64,000 nt of DNA from Candidatus Altimarinota bacterium (GCA_963664295.1 OY760935.1:544001-608000); one strand, 5' to 3'; positions 51,154 through 62,099 are shown, counted from the first letter of the stretch. Notes: a model not told the origin generated them from the sequence alone. Translations and numbers: made by a program.

Positions 51154-51881
51154 TACCCAGCTTTTTCTGCCGTTTTAGTTTCTTTTTTGGCGGACTTTGC
51201 AGGGGTGTTTTTATTATTAGGTTTTTTATTTTCAACCTTTTTTGGACTTGGTTTAACCTGAAGAGCTTCAAGAGCTTTTATGGTAGCTTGAGCATTTACA
51301 AGTCTATTGCTTGTGCCTATTGTTTTTGCAACAATATTTTCAATACCAGCTAAATCGCAAATTTTGCGAGTAGCACCACCAGCAATAATACCACTACCTT
51401 CTCTTCCAGGCATCAATAATAAACGAGATGATTTATGTTTTATTTTAACTTGATGTGGGATAGTTCCATTTTCAATATTTATTCTAATTAGTTGTTTTTT
51501 TGCTTTTTGGATAGCCTTTTGGATACCACCAACTACTTCGGCAGATTTACCAATGCCAACACCAACCCTGCCTTTGCGATCACCAATAATAACAGTTGCT
51601 CGAAAACGCAATCTGCGACCACCTTTAACCACACGAGTCACACGGTCTATTTGCAAAACCTCCTCCATAAATTCTTTTTCTTTTTCAGGAGCACCACGCC
51701 TACCTCTTTTTCTGCGTGGAGGGCGTTTTTTCTTCTCAAATGAGCCCTTTTTATTAGCTTTTTGATCACTTTGTTGAGGACCTTTTTTAGCTTCCTCTTT
51801 CTTTTGCTCTTGTGGCTGATTTTCTTCAGCTACAACTTCTTTTGCCTCTGTTGTTTCCTCGGTTATTTTTTCTTCTACCAT
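51153..51881 (-). CDS. rpsE: 30S ribosomal protein S5
   Basis: IDRVTRVVKGGRRLRF, GRVGVG.GK; charged terminal extensions. Confidence 0.98.
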   Translation of the reverse strand: MVEEKITEETTEAKEVVAEENQPQEQKKEEAKKGPQQSDQKANKKGSFEKKKRPPRRKRGRRGAPEKEKEFMEEVLQIDRVTRVVKGGRRLRFRATVIIGDRKGRVGVGIGKSAEVVGGIQKAIQKAKKQLIRINIENGTIPHQVKIKHKSSRLLLMPGREGSGIIAGGATRKICDLAGIENIVAKTIGTSNRLVNAQATIKALEALQVKPSPKKVENKKPNNKNTPAKSAKKETKTAEKAG

Positions 51882-51893
51882 ATTATTTAATTA

Positions 51894-52226
51894 TTAAAAT
51901 TTAAGACCACCTTCTCTTGTGCCATCAGCCAATGCTTTTACACGACCATGATAAGCAAAACCATTGCGATCAAATACACAAGAGGTGATTTTTTTATCTT
52001 GAGCTTTTTTTGCAAGCTCTTTGCCTGCCTCAAGAGCAGAGTTAATTGTTTTGTCTTTTGAGCTCACAGAAGCTAAAGTCACACCTTTATCATCATCTAT
52101 AAGCTGTGCATGAGTACAAGTCAATGAGCGATATACACTAAGTCTTGGTCTTTTTGTAGTACCGCTTACTTTAGCCCTTACACGCGCTTTTTTTCTTAGC
52201 CTTTGAGCTTGCTTTTTAGTTGGCAT
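51894..52226 (-). CDS. rplR: 50S ribosomal protein L18
   Basis: RPRLSVYRS, FDRNG..YHGRVKALA. Confidence 0.98.
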   Translation of the reverse strand: MPTKKQAQRLRKKARVRAKVSGTTKRPRLSVYRSLTCTHAQLIDDDKGVTLASVSSKDKTINSALEAGKELAKKAQDKKITSCVFDRNGFAYHGRVKALADGTREGGLKF

Positions 52227-52243
52227 ATTTCTCTTAATTAAAA

Positions 52244-52792
52244 TTATTTAGCACCCGCTTTTTTACCAGCTTTGCGAGTAATGTGTTCATCAATATATTT
52301 AATACCCTTACCTTTGTATGGTTCAGGCTTTCTGTATTCTCTGATCTCTGCAGCAAATTGACCTACTTTTTGCTTATCAATACCTTTGATTATTAAGATA
52401 TTTTTCTTTTCTTGATCAATTTCCACAGTCACACCTTCTGGAGCTTTCATGATAACAGGATGAGAAAAACCAAGATGTAATGTAATTTGAGCTCCTCCGC
52501 CTTCTGCTCTATATCCAACACCATTTATTTCTAATTTTTTCTCAAAACCATCTTTAACACCTGTGATCAAGTTGGCTAAAAGGGCTCTAGTCAAACCGTG
52601 AGCTGCTCTATCTTCTTTGATATCACTATTACGAGCAATCGTAATTATTTTATCTTCAATGTTAACTTTTACATTATCCATTACTTCCATAGAAAGCTCT
52701 CCTTTTGAGCCTTTTACTGTAATAAGCTTTTTTTCAAGCTTTACTTCAACTCCTTCTGGAATTTCAATCGGCAATTTTCCTATTCTAGACAT
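52244..52792 (-). CDS. rplF: 50S ribosomal protein L6
   Basis: MSRIGKLPI, PEPYKGKGI. Confidence 0.98.
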   Translation of the reverse strand: MSRIGKLPIEIPEGVEVKLEKKLITVKGSKGELSMEVMDNVKVNIEDKIITIARNSDIKEDRAAHGLTRALLANLITGVKDGFEKKLEINGVGYRAEGGGAQITLHLGFSHPVIMKAPEGVTVEIDQEKKNILIIKGIDKQKVGQFAAEIREYRKPEPYKGKGIKYIDEHITRKAGKKAGAK

Positions 52793-52810
52793 TATTTAAT
52801 AAATTAAATA

Positions 52811-53194
52811 TCAATAAACTTCACAAAGAATTTCTCCGCCAATTTTGTCTGCTTTTGCATCTTCTCCTGTCATTACGCCTTTTGATGTAGAAACTATATA
52901 AATTCCTAAACCATTTAAACTGGACATAATTTCTTCTGACTTTTTAAATACTCTACGACCAGGCTTAGACACTCTAGTTAAAGTAAGTGCACTTTTGTTG
53001 CGAGGAAGAAGTATTTTAATATCTTTAAATTTTTTATCTTGAATCAATTTACTACCTTCTATAAAACCTTTTTTCTCTAAAATCTGGACAATGTCCATTT
53101 TTATTTTTGAATAAGGAACAATTGTATATTCCTGCTGAGCCTTAAATGCATTACGTATTCTTGTTAAAAGATCTGCTATTGGGTCTGTATTCAT
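52811..53194 (-). CDS. rpsH: 30S ribosomal protein S8
   Basis: DPIADLLTRIRNA, SKPGRR, STSKGVM; TGA stop. Confidence 0.98.
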   Translation of the reverse strand: MNTDPIADLLTRIRNAFKAQQEYTIVPYSKIKMDIVQILEKKGFIEGSKLIQDKKFKDIKILLPRNKSALTLTRVSKPGRRVFKKSEEIMSSLNGLGIYIVSTSKGVMTGEDAKADKIGGEILCEVY

Positions 53195-53212
53195 ACTTAA
53201 TTTAAATAATAA

Positions 53213-53437
53213 TTACCAAGAAGATTTTTTAAGTCCTGCAATTTCACCTTTACTAGCCAATTCCCTAGCACATTGTCTGCAAAGACCTAGAAGGCGGATA
53301 TGACCACGAGGGCGACCGCATTTATTACAACGATTACGAACGCGAATTGCTTTTTCTGGCTTTTTACCAGCTGCCAAAGCACGCTCTACCTGCTTAATTC
53401 TTTTTTCATTTCTGACAATTTTAGATTTCTTAGCCAT
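53213..53437 (-). CDS. rpsN: 30S ribosomal protein S14 (Zn-binding type)
   Basis: [23 protein letters not shown]. Confidence 0.97.
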   Translation of the reverse strand: MAKKSKIVRNEKRIKQVERALAAGKKPEKAIRVRNRCNKCGRPRGHIRLLGLCRQCARELASKGEIAGLKKSSW

Positions 53438-53439
53438 AA

Positions 53440-53979
53440 TTACTTTTTAAAAGGAAAACCAAATTTATCCATCAAAGCGAATAATTCTTCATTATTTTTA
53501 GCTGTAGTAGTGAAAGTAATTTCAATACCATGTAATTCTTTTGATTCAACTTCGCCAATTTCCGGAAAAGCATGGTGTTCTTTGATGCCAATTGAAAAAT
53601 TGCCATGACCATCAGCTTTGCGAGCAAAACCACGAAAATCACGAATACGAGGAATTGAGACAAAAATAAGTCTGTCTAAAAAATCATACATTTTTTTACC
53701 ACGAAGAGTGACAGAAGCACCAACTGGCATTCCTTCTCTTAGTTTAAAATTAGAAATTGATTTTCTAGCTTTCTTTACAACAGGTTTTTGACCAGTTATT
53801 TTTGCAAGAGCTTCTTCAAATCTTTCAGTTTTTTTCTCACCACTTCTTGTCAAAATAGAGCCAAAACCAACATTAACAGTGATTTTTTCTAATTTTGGCA
53901 CTGCCATCGGATTTTTGATGCCCAGATCTTTTTGAATAGCTGGTGCAACTTCTTGCCTATATGTTTCAACTAAACTCAT
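53440..53979 (-). CDS. rplE: 50S ribosomal protein L5
   Basis: [26 protein letters not shown]. Confidence 0.98.
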   Translation of the reverse strand: MSLVETYRQEVAPAIQKDLGIKNPMAVPKLEKITVNVGFGSILTRSGEKKTERFEEALAKITGQKPVVKKARKSISNFKLREGMPVGASVTLRGKKMYDFLDRLIFVSIPRIRDFRGFARKADGHGNFSIGIKEHHAFPEIGEVESKELHGIEITFTTTAKNNEELFALMDKFGFPFKK

Positions 53980-53980
53980 A

Positions 53981-54307
53981 TTATGATTTTACAAAAGATT
54001 GTTCAAGGCTAGCAGAACATTTCTTACATGTTCTTGCTCTTTTTCCAGATTTAGTCACCAAAACAGTAACTCTGGTTGGTTTTTTGCAAGATGGACAAAC
54101 AACTTGCACATTAGAAGCGTCAATAGGAGCTTCTATTTCCACTCTTTGTCCAGCTTGTTCACGAGTTTTCTTAATATGTTTTTTAGCAATATTAACTTTC
54201 TCTACAACAACACGACCATTTTTACGGTCAGTGCGGATTACTTTTCCTTTTTTACCTTTGTCTTTGCCGGCAATTACAATTACATTATCGTTTGTCTTTA
54301 CTCTCAT
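53981..54307 (-). CDS. rplX: 50S ribosomal protein L24
   Basis: VIAGKDKGK.GKV, EAPIDASNV. Confidence 0.98.
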   Translation of the reverse strand: MRVKTNDNVIVIAGKDKGKKGKVIRTDRKNGRVVVEKVNIAKKHIKKTREQAGQRVEIEAPIDASNVQVVCPSCKKPTRVTVLVTKSGKRARTCKKCSASLEQSFVKS

Positions 54308-54312
54308 TTTAT

Positions 54313-54681
54313 TTACAAAACATCAGGTGCTAAAGATATAATTTTCTGGAAACCTTTGTCTCTAAGCTCACGAGCCACAGGCCCGAAAACACGAGTACCT
54401 CTTGGTTGTCCTTCGTTATTTACAATTACTACTGCATTTTCATCAAAACGAATTGTGGTGCCATTTTTTCTGCGTACAGCTTTCTTTTGGCGAACAATAA
54501 CCGCCTTTTGAACTGATTTCTTTTTTACAACACCTTTTGGGCTGGCTTTTTTAACAGCAACAACGATAATGTCGCCGATTTGTGCATAGCGTCTTTTTGA
54601 ACCGCCTAAAACCTTAATGCACTGTACGCTTTTTGCGCCTGTATTGTCAGCCACAGCCAATTTTGTCTCTGGAATAATCAT
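54313..54681 (-). CDS. rplN: 50S ribosomal protein L14
   Basis: [27 protein letters not shown]. Confidence 0.98.
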   Translation of the reverse strand: MIIPETKLAVADNTGAKSVQCIKVLGGSKRRYAQIGDIIVVAVKKASPKGVVKKKSVQKAVIVRQKKAVRRKNGTTIRFDENAVVIVNNEGQPRGTRVFGPVARELRDKGFQKIISLAPDVL

Positions 54682-55130
54682 TTTTCTTCTGAGTTAGATT
54701 CTTTATCTTCATTAGAAGCTTCTGCTTCTACTTCTTCTTTCTCCTCTTCTTTTTCTACTTTCTCCTCTGTTTCTTCTAGCTTTTTAGCTTCTTCCTCTTG
54801 TTTAGCTTTCTCCTCTTCTTGCTTTGCTTTTTCAGCTTTGCGTTCAAGAATAGCTTTTGTATCCTCCTCTATAACATCTGCACCTAGTTCATCAAAAGCT
54901 TTTTTAACAATTTTGTCTATCTTCCAGCGTTTTAGCTTAGATATTGGTTTTGTTTCAGAGATAATTACCTCGTCACCAATTTTACATTCATTAGCTTCAT
55001 CATGAGCATGGAATTTTTTACTTACTCTATATGATTTTCTGAAAATTGGATGCATTTTCTTTGTATGAACAGTGACTATTACTGTTTTATCTTGTTTAGC
55101 CGATGTTACAAGTCCTTTTTTATAGCGCAT
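54678..55130 (-). CDS. rpsQ: 30S ribosomal protein S17 with acidic C-terminal tail
   Basis: [27 protein letters not shown]. Confidence 0.97.
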   Translation of the reverse strand: MRYKKGLVTSAKQDKTVIVTVHTKKMHPIFRKSYRVSKKFHAHDEANECKIGDEVIISETKPISKLKRWKIDKIVKKAFDELGADVIEEDTKAILERKAEKAKQEEEKAKQEEEAKKLEETEEKVEKEEEKEEVEAEASNEDKESNSEEK

Positions 55131-55144
55131 AATAATTTAAAAAC

Positions 55145-55357
55145 TTATTTAGCAGTTGTTACTGCTTCTTTATTTTTTTCACTTAAAATTGTTTTTAGAC
55201 GAGCAATATATTTCTTTTGCTTACCTTTCTTGCTCAAATCTTTTTCTTGACTAGCTTCGGTTTTAATAGAAACTTCCACTAAGTTATTTTCTGCTTTTGC
55301 AATCTCTTTTTCTATTTCTACTGCACTAAGCCCTCGAATTTCTTCATTATTTTTCAT
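55145..55357 (-). CDS. rpmC: 50S ribosomal protein L29
   Basis: EIRGLS..KKYIARLKTILSE; lies between rplP and rpsQ. Confidence 0.93.
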   Translation of the reverse strand: MKNNEEIRGLSAVEIEKEIAKAENNLVEVSIKTEASQEKDLSKKGKQKKYIARLKTILSEKNKEAVTTAK

Positions 55358-55359
55358 AT

Positions 55360-55779
55360 TTATACGTGTGATTTTTCAACAAATTTAGTTTTAATAGGGA
55401 GTTTTGCACTAGCAAGGCGAAAAGCTTCTCTCGCTAATTCTTCGCTTACTCCTTCCATTTCAAAAATAACTTTACCTGCTCGAATTGGAAAAACATAAAA
55501 ATCAACACTACCTTTTCCTCCTCCCATTGGCACTTCTGCGGCCTTGCGAGTAATTGGTTTATGTGGAAAAATTCTAATCCACACTTTACCACCACGCTTA
55601 ATACTACGTGTAATAGCTCTACGAGCTGCTTCAATTTGTCTTGAAGTTAATTCTCCTGGAGCTTGGGCTTTTAAGCCGTATGCTCCAAAAGCTACTTTAT
55701 GACCAGAAGTTGCCTTTCCTTTCAAGGAACTTCTTTGTCTATGTATCTTCCTATACTTTTGCTTCTTTGGAATAAGCAT
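55360..55779 (-). CDS. rplP: 50S ribosomal protein L16
   Basis: [35 protein letters not shown]; ATG 55779. Confidence 0.98.
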   Translation of the reverse strand: MLIPKKQKYRKIHRQRSSLKGKATSGHKVAFGAYGLKAQAPGELTSRQIEAARRAITRSIKRGGKVWIRIFPHKPITRKAAEVPMGGGKGSVDFYVFPIRAGKVIFEMEGVSEELAREAFRLASAKLPIKTKFVEKSHV

Positions 55780-55937
55780 TTCGCCAGTAAAAAACACAAA
55801 AAATGCCAAGAAAGTTTGCCTTGTTTAAAAAGATAAGTCAAGGATTTTTTTTAAAAAAAGCAAAAAAAGAATAAATATATAAAAAAATAGGCTTATTAAG
55901 CCTATTAAGAACTACATTTAAGCAATATTATTAAATA

Positions 55938-56516
55938 TTATTTAAATTCTGGATCTATACAAATTTTACTTTCCTCTGGCATTTCTTGATTTTGATATTT
56001 TTGAGATTTTTTTTGGTGATAAGGAACTTCCGCAGGAGAACTCATTGTTTCAAAAGCAAGCTGACAAACACGCATGCCCGGATAAAGAGCAATTGGCATA
56101 CGATTTAAATTGGAAATCTCCAAAGTGATAGTGCCTACAAAACCAGCATCAATAAAACCAGCAGTAGAATGCACAACAATACCAAGACGCCCCAAAGAAC
56201 TACGCCCTTCTACTCTAGCAACCATGTCATCAGGTAAACCAACTTTTTCCTCTGTGACACCCAATACAAATTCACCAGGCTGAACAATAAATGGCTCATC
56301 CCCTTCCACTTCAATTAACTTTGTTATGCCATTTTCTTGATCTTTACAAGGGTCAATAAGAGCATGCTTGGAATGCTGAAAAACACGAAAATATTTACCA
56401 AGACGCAAGTCCATAGAGCTGGCATGAACTTGTTCCATATAATTAGGACGAGGACTTTCTATTAGTATCCTGCCATTTTCAATCTCTTTTTTAATATCAC
56501 GGTCAGAAAGTATCAT
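55938..56516 (-). CDS. dcd: dCTP deaminase
   Basis: MILSDRDI, EGRSSLGRLG, TAGFIDAGF.G.ITLE, KYQNQ. Confidence 0.96.
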   Translation of the reverse strand: MILSDRDIKKEIENGRILIESPRPNYMEQVHASSMDLRLGKYFRVFQHSKHALIDPCKDQENGITKLIEVEGDEPFIVQPGEFVLGVTEEKVGLPDDMVARVEGRSSLGRLGIVVHSTAGFIDAGFVGTITLEISNLNRMPIALYPGMRVCQLAFETMSSPAEVPYHQKKSQKYQNQEMPEESKICIDPEFK

Positions 56517-56564
56517 TTTTTATTCAAAAAACGCTTGTTAATTTTCCATGTTTTTAAAAACTAG

Positions 56565-57422
56565 TCAAACCAAAACCTCTTGTTCAACTGGTATTTTTCT
56601 TACTCTCAAGATAAAAGTAAGTCTTAAAATTATAAATAAAACAGAAGAAAGAGCACTAATAACAACTGAAAAAAGCAAAGAAAAAGGAGCCAAAACTGCA
56701 AAAATAACAAAACCAAAAAAAGCAGAAAGAGGAAAATCTACAAATTCCTCAAACTGTTTTTCAATTTGATATTTTAAAACTGATTCTTTGCCGATGTTTT
56801 CATTTTGATCAATGCCAAATTCTGCAAAAATTTTATTTTTCGCCTCTGTGAGTATGCTTTTTTCACAATTTTTGTTCCCCTGACATTCAGTTAAAAGTGG
56901 CTCTGTTTTAGTATCAACAAGCTCGTCAAAAGTCATATCAGTTAAACCTTTTTCTCCGCCAAATTCAATATTTGTTAATAAATCAGTTCCATCAAGTGCC
57001 AATTTTTTAATATCATCATAAGTAGTATTAAATGCTACAAAAATAGCTAAAATTAAAGCAGATAAAATAAAAGTTTGACTCAAAGCAGATCTAACACTTT
57101 TTTGATAATCTATTTTAATACGCAAAGCAAAATCTCGCCTAACAGCAAAAAACAAAAACGCCATTGGCAAGCCAATAAACAAAGACAAAGGCACAAAAAT
57201 ATCAATAACAAAATCAAGAATTAACCACAACAAAGGAAAAAACAAAGAAAGCCAGGTTTTTTGCGTAAAAGAAGCCAAAAAAATCACCACACAAATATGC
57301 GCAAAAAATAAAACTAAAATTAACCAAAAACTCAAAAAATAACTTATTGCAACATAAAAACCCAAAACAGTTAAAGTTGCTATAAATAAAAATGAATATT
57401 CTTTTTTGCTTAATGGCTCCAT
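56565..57422 (-). CDS. Hypothetical multi-TM membrane protein
   Basis: 285 aa with at least 5 hydrophobic segments. Confidence 0.75.
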   Translation of the reverse strand: MEPLSKKEYSFLFIATLTVLGFYVAISYFLSFWLILVLFFAHICVVIFLASFTQKTWLSLFFPLLWLILDFVIDIFVPLSLFIGLPMAFLFFAVRRDFALRIKIDYQKSVRSALSQTFILSALILAIFVAFNTTYDDIKKLALDGTDLLTNIEFGGEKGLTDMTFDELVDTKTEPLLTECQGNKNCEKSILTEAKNKIFAEFGIDQNENIGKESVLKYQIEKQFEEFVDFPLSAFFGFVIFAVLAPFSLLFSVVISALSSVLFIILRLTFILRVRKIPVEQEVLV

Positions 57423-57522
57423 AAATTATTTTAAACTTCAAAAAAGATTGTAAATTATGAAATTTAGATTGTCTATAAAAGAGTTTTATGTAAAATAAAA
57501 TATATATTTTTTATAGATAAAA

Positions 57523-57987
57523 ATGGAAAAAACATTAATTATTATCAAACCTGATGGTGTACAAAGAGGTTTAGTCGGCGAAGTGACTCGCAGATTAGAA
57601 CGCAAGGGGCTTAAGCTTGTTGGCATGAAAATGATGAACCTTGAAGAAGCAATGCTTGCTGATCATTATTCTCATTTAAAAGACAAACCTTTCTTTGGCG
57701 GTATTGTGAATTTCATGAAAAGTTCACCTGTTGTTGTGCAATGCTGGGAAGGAAAAGATGCATCTAATGCTGTGCGTTTAATTTGTGGTATTACTAATGC
57801 CCGTGAAGCAGACGGAGGAACAATTCGTGGTGATTTTGCTATGAGTATGCAATGTAATGTTGTTCATGCTTCTGATAGTGCTGAAAATGCTAAAAAAGAA
57901 GTTGCAAGATTTTTTAAACCAGAAGAAATATTTGAATACAAAAAAGACGAATATATTCATGTTTACGCAGAAGACGAAAGAAAATAA
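57523..57987 (+). CDS. ndk: Nucleoside-diphosphate kinase
   Basis: IIKPDGVQRGL, GTIRGDF, NVVHASDS. Confidence 0.98.
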   Translation: MEKTLIIIKPDGVQRGLVGEVTRRLERKGLKLVGMKMMNLEEAMLADHYSHLKDKPFFGGIVNFMKSSPVVVQCWEGKDASNAVRLICGITNAREADGGTIRGDFAMSMQCNVVHASDSAENAKKEVARFFKPEEIFEYKKDEYIHVYAEDERK

Positions 57988-58015
57988 TAAAGCTTTAAGC
58001 TAGCAAGTCGAACAT

Positions 58016-58043
58016 AAAAACCGTTTTTTAAAAGCGGTTTTTT
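58016..58043 (+). terminator. Intrinsic terminator after ndk
   Basis: AAAAACCGTTTTT-T-AAAAGCGGTTTTTT. Confidence 0.75.
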
Positions 58044-58094
58044 ATTGACATAAAATAATCTTATGTTTAAGTTATATATAAAATTTTATTTATT

Positions 58095-58322
58095 ATGAAA
58101 AAAACGCCAAGCAAACCAGATATAATAAATCCTGAACAAAAAATAGTTGATAATCTTTCTCAAGATGCAATAAATCAAATGAATTTAATGATGCAAGCAA
58201 CAACAATTGACGCAATAACTGCCTACGCAATTGTCACAGAAGACGCAAAAGATAAACTTGACCCAGATAGGCTTTTTGAAAATCTTATGGCAAAAATCAC
58301 AAAAGCCTTACCTGAAATTTAA
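58095..58322 (+). CDS. Small hypothetical protein
   Basis: 75-aa ORF with TTGACA at 58045; Pro-rich N-terminus. Confidence 0.6.
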   Translation: MKKTPSKPDIINPEQKIVDNLSQDAINQMNLMMQATTIDAITAYAIVTEDAKDKLDPDRLFENLMAKITKALPEI

Positions 58323-58431
58323 TTAAAAAACTAAAAATTTGTTATATTAAAGCCATTTTTACAAAAAACTTCCAAAAATAATTTGCAAAATTTTGTTTTT
58401 TATGTAAGAATTTTATGAACTTTAAAAATTT

Positions 58432-60210
58432 ATGAAAAAATTAGACAATTGGATTAAAGATACTCTTGATCCAAAAAACAAAAAAATAAATAAGAGTAAA
58501 AAAAATATAAAAAACCCTAAAAAATTCAGACCAAAAAAACCTAAAAAAATGCGTATTATTGCATTAGGTGGTTTAAATGAAGTTGGTAAAAACTGCATGG
58601 CCTTTGAATATGGTAATGACATTGTGGTTGTTGACACAGGGCTACAGTTTCCTGAAGAAGATATGCTGGGAATTGATTTTGTAATTCCTGACATGACCTA
58701 CCTTGAGGACAATAAACAAAAAATTCGTGCGCTGATTGTCACCCATGGGCATTTAGATCATATTGGCGCAGTCCCCCACTTTCTAAAAAAATTTCCTGAT
58801 ATCCCAGTAATAGCCACAAAACTAACAATTGGTATGATTCAAAAACACAGCGAGGAATATAAAATTAAAAACACCAAACTAAGAACAGTTGATCCAGAAA
58901 AAGACACTGTTGAAATAGGTTCTTTTAAAATTTCATTTTTTAGAGTAAACCATTCTATTCCTGATGGCATGGGGGTTTTCTTTGAAACTCCAGCAGGCAA
59001 TTTTATGCATACTGGTGATTTTAAGTTTGATTTTCGCCCTGCAGACGGGATTATGATGGACATTGGACAGCTAGCCAGAATTGGCAAAAAAGGAGTTGAT
59101 GTGCTTTTTGCAGACTCAACTAATGCACAAAAAAAAGGCTACTGCATGTCTGAATATGTAATTGCTAAAAACCTGGAACAAGTTATTGCTCAAGCAAAAG
59201 GCAGGTTAATTATTGCTTCTTTTTCTTCACTAATTGGCAGACTACAACAAATAGCAGATATAGCTATTAAAGAAGACCGTAAAATTTTTATTTCTGGTCG
59301 TAGTATGCTAAAAAATATAGAATTAGCAGTAAAACTTGGTTATTTTAAAGTACCAAAAGGCGTAATCCATAAACTATCCTCAAAAAATCTTGATTTGCCA
59401 CCAAACAAAGTGCTAATTCTAACTACAGGTTCACAAGGAGAGTCTATGAGCGCCTTAACTCGCATATCACTAGACGAACATCCACATATTAAAATACAAA
59501 AAGGAGATACAGTTGTGTTTTCATCTTCTCCTATTCCAGGCAATGAACGTTCTACAACAAATGTAGTTAATAATCTTTTTCGCCTTGGTGCTCATGTGAT
59601 AACTAATGACGCAATGGATGTGCACACATCAGGTCATGCCCACAAAGAAGACTTAAAAATGATGCAGTCTATTGTGAAACCACGCTATACTGTGCCAATT
59701 CACGGTGAATTTTATATGCGCATGGCTCACAAAGAAATGCTAATCAATGAATATGGACTAGAAGAAAAACAAGTTGTTATCTTAGAAAATGGCTCAATTT
59801 TAGAAATTGAAAATGGCTATGCTCGCAAATCAAAAGAGAAAGCATCAGCAAACCTAATTATGATTGACGGAATTGGTGTTGGAGATGTTGGCACCAGAGT
59901 TATTCGTGATCGCCAAGTAATGTCTGAAAATGGTGTTGTTATTGCCCTTTTCCGTGCTTTTGAAAAATCAAAAAGATTAGTTGGTGACCCAGATATAATC
60001 TCCCGAGGATTTATATATATCAAAGAAAGCAAACAAGTAGCAGAAGAAGCACGCGAAAGAGCACGCAAAGCTTTTGAAGAAACAATAAAGAAAAATCCAA
60101 AAGCAGATCTAAAAACTATTAAACATGATGTTGCTCGTAGCTTGCGTACTTTTATAGCTAAACGACTTGCTCGTGAACCAATGGTGATACCTTTGATAGT
60201 TTTTGTTTAA
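58432..60210 (+). CDS. rnj: Ribonuclease J
   Basis: LGGLNEVGKN, THGHLDHIG, HTGDFK, TGSQGE, HTSGH, PIHGE. Confidence 0.97.
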   Translation: MKKLDNWIKDTLDPKNKKINKSKKNIKNPKKFRPKKPKKMRIIALGGLNEVGKNCMAFEYGNDIVVVDTGLQFPEEDMLGIDFVIPDMTYLEDNKQKIRALIVTHGHLDHIGAVPHFLKKFPDIPVIATKLTIGMIQKHSEEYKIKNTKLRTVDPEKDTVEIGSFKISFFRVNHSIPDGMGVFFETPAGNFMHTGDFKFDFRPADGIMMDIGQLARIGKKGVDVLFADSTNAQKKGYCMSEYVIAKNLEQVIAQAKGRLIIASFSSLIGRLQQIADIAIKEDRKIFISGRSMLKNIELAVKLGYFKVPKGVIHKLSSKNLDLPPNKVLILTTGSQGESMSALTRISLDEHPHIKIQKGDTVVFSSSPIPGNERSTTNVVNNLFRLGAHVITNDAMDVHTSGHAHKEDLKMMQSIVKPRYTVPIHGEFYMRMAHKEMLINEYGLEEKQVVILENGSILEIENGYARKSKEKASANLIMIDGIGVGDVGTRVIRDRQVMSENGVVIALFRAFEKSKRLVGDPDIISRGFIYIKESKQVAEEARERARKAFEETIKKNPKADLKTIKHDVARSLRTFIAKRLAREPMVIPLIVFV

Positions 60211-60757
60211 AATTGTGAAAAAACTTATTATTACTGCCCATCCCAGCAAGGAAGGATTTACTCATCAAATCGCCCTTGCTTTTGAAAATGAAAGCAAAAA
60301 AATGGGATATGAAACAAAAATCCTTGATTTATATCAAGAAAAACAGGAGTTTTTAAGTTTTAATACAGAAAAAGACCTTTATCAAAAGCCACAAACAGAT
60401 TTAATTAACTGGGCAGATGAATTTGTTTTTGTTTTTCCTATTTGGTGGTACAGCGCACCTGCTGTTGTTAAAAATTTTTTTGATGCCAATTTTGTAGCAG
60501 GACTTGCTTATAAATATGAACACGGCATACCAAAAGGCTTATTTAAAAACAAAACTGTAAGATTTTTGACCACCAGTGGAGGCCCGCCACTTTTCTATTA
60601 TCTCCGTCTTGCGCCCACTATTGGTCTTTGGAAAAGTAGATTTAGATTTTGTGGAATTAAAACAAAATCATTTTCAGTATTTGGACCAAAGTCAAAACGC
60701 ACACCTGAGATAATAGAAAAACAATTAAAAAAAGTGCGTAAAATAGCAAGAAAGTAA
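60203..60757 (+). CDS. Flavodoxin-like NAD(P)H dehydrogenase (Flavodoxin_2)
   Basis: AHP...F, DLY, FPIWWYSAPAVVKNFFD, TTSGG. Confidence 0.88.
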   Translation: MFKIVKKLIITAHPSKEGFTHQIALAFENESKKMGYETKILDLYQEKQEFLSFNTEKDLYQKPQTDLINWADEFVFVFPIWWYSAPAVVKNFFDANFVAGLAYKYEHGIPKGLFKNKTVRFLTTSGGPPLFYYLRLAPTIGLWKSRFRFCGIKTKSFSVFGPKSKRTPEIIEKQLKKVRKIARK

Positions 60758-60760
60758 AAA

Positions 60761-61423
60761 TTATACACTCACCACCTTCAGCTTTCCTTTAACTTTAAGA
60801 TTATCTTTGTCTTTTTCTTGCCATTCAAAATCAATTTCTTGACCCAAATCATCAGCGTTCATAAGAAGATTTTCCTGCATTTTTTCCTGCGATGGAATAG
60901 CACAATAAATCGTTTTTTGCGCTTGTAGCTCAGGAAAAGCAAGCACACTCTCAAAAGAAAAAGATAATTTTTCATTATCCAGCGTAATTAACATTGTACC
61001 TTTTTTGTTTAATTCAGCGTCTTCTTTGCCGTCTTCGCTATATAACTCTAACTTTTTAGTGCTAATTTTATCCACAACAGCAATACATCTAGGTTTTCCT
61101 AATTGTTCAGCAACTTGCTTTTGTTCTTCCTTGCTTAAATCCGCACCTAAACCGCTCAAAAGAGAGGCTATATCGCCTCCCTGAGCTTTTAAAATACTCT
61201 CCAAATCAGCCAAAAATTCAATTTGGCTATCAACTTTATATTGATGACCTTCAATATTTGCTAATAATTCCACATCAACAACAATGCGATGACTTGGGCT
61301 CATGTCCTCTGCAACTTGCTGGCCAGCTTGGTTCATAGCACCAAGCCCGCCAGAGTAAGCATCTTGCAAATCTTCCATTGCATCACCAAGGGCGCCAAAA
61401 TCTATACCAAAAGGGTTGTTCAT
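60761..61423 (-). CDS. Hypothetical acidic protein
   Basis: 220-aa ORF 9 bp downstream of the lipoprotein gene. Confidence 0.75.
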   Translation of the reverse strand: MNNPFGIDFGALGDAMEDLQDAYSGGLGAMNQAGQQVAEDMSPSHRIVVDVELLANIEGHQYKVDSQIEFLADLESILKAQGGDIASLLSGLGADLSKEEQKQVAEQLGKPRCIAVVDKISTKKLELYSEDGKEDAELNKKGTMLITLDNEKLSFSFESVLAFPELQAQKTIYCAIPSQEKMQENLLMNADDLGQEIDFEWQEKDKDNLKVKGKLKVVSV

Positions 61424-61432
61424 AAATAAAAG

Positions 61433-61981
61433 CTATTGTTGAGCTTTTCGAACCATAATTTGAACTTGTTTATATTCTTTGTCGTGTGATACAGAAATTG
61501 TGTATTTACCTTCAAATTTGCCATTCAAAGTATTAGTCACAGACATAACAGATGCTGACCAACCTGCATCTTCTAAATCAGCTTCATATTTCTCCAAAGC
61601 ATCTTCATCAACTTCATCAAAATCAACAATCCAAGAGCCCATACCACTTACATTTTCCTGAGCAGAGCCATATTTAAACTCTGGCACCTCAGAAGGCATA
61701 TCACTTGGCCAAGAACCAGCTGTGCTATCATTAGAATTATATTTATCATCACTTTGATTCCACACACTATCTTTATCATTAGAAGCATCGCAATTTTTCT
61801 TGCACATAGCTACATTTTCACTACCTCCTCCCCATTCTTCACACTGCGCATAACATTCATTTTTTCCAAATTCATCATCATTTTGACCAGAAGCTTGCTC
61901 ATTTTCTTCAGCATGATGACAGCCAGCTAGAACAGCTGTAAATAAAGTCATAAAACAAAAAATTGCCAATGTTTTTTTCAT
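61433..61981 (-). CDS. Hypothetical lipoprotein
   Basis: MKK..LAGC lipobox; CxxxC..CxxxC; WPSDMPSEVP. Confidence 0.8.
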   Translation of the reverse strand: MKKTLAIFCFMTLFTAVLAGCHHAEENEQASGQNDDEFGKNECYAQCEEWGGGSENVAMCKKNCDASNDKDSVWNQSDDKYNSNDSTAGSWPSDMPSEVPEFKYGSAQENVSGMGSWIVDFDEVDEDALEKYEADLEDAGWSASVMSVTNTLNGKFEGKYTISVSHDKEYKQVQIMVRKAQQ

Positions 61982-62099
61982 TATAAATTTAAAAAATAAA
62001 AAAATATGGCTTTAATATACTCTTTTTTTGAATTTATGCAAAACTGTTTTTTTGAAATTTAAAAAACTAAACAAACATAATTACTAAAAAAATCCACCT

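Noticed and set aside
52811-54681. UGA-to-Gly recoding (code 25) as in some Gracilibacteria
   Set aside because: Core genes are full length in code 11, and rpsH and rpsQ end properly at TGA.
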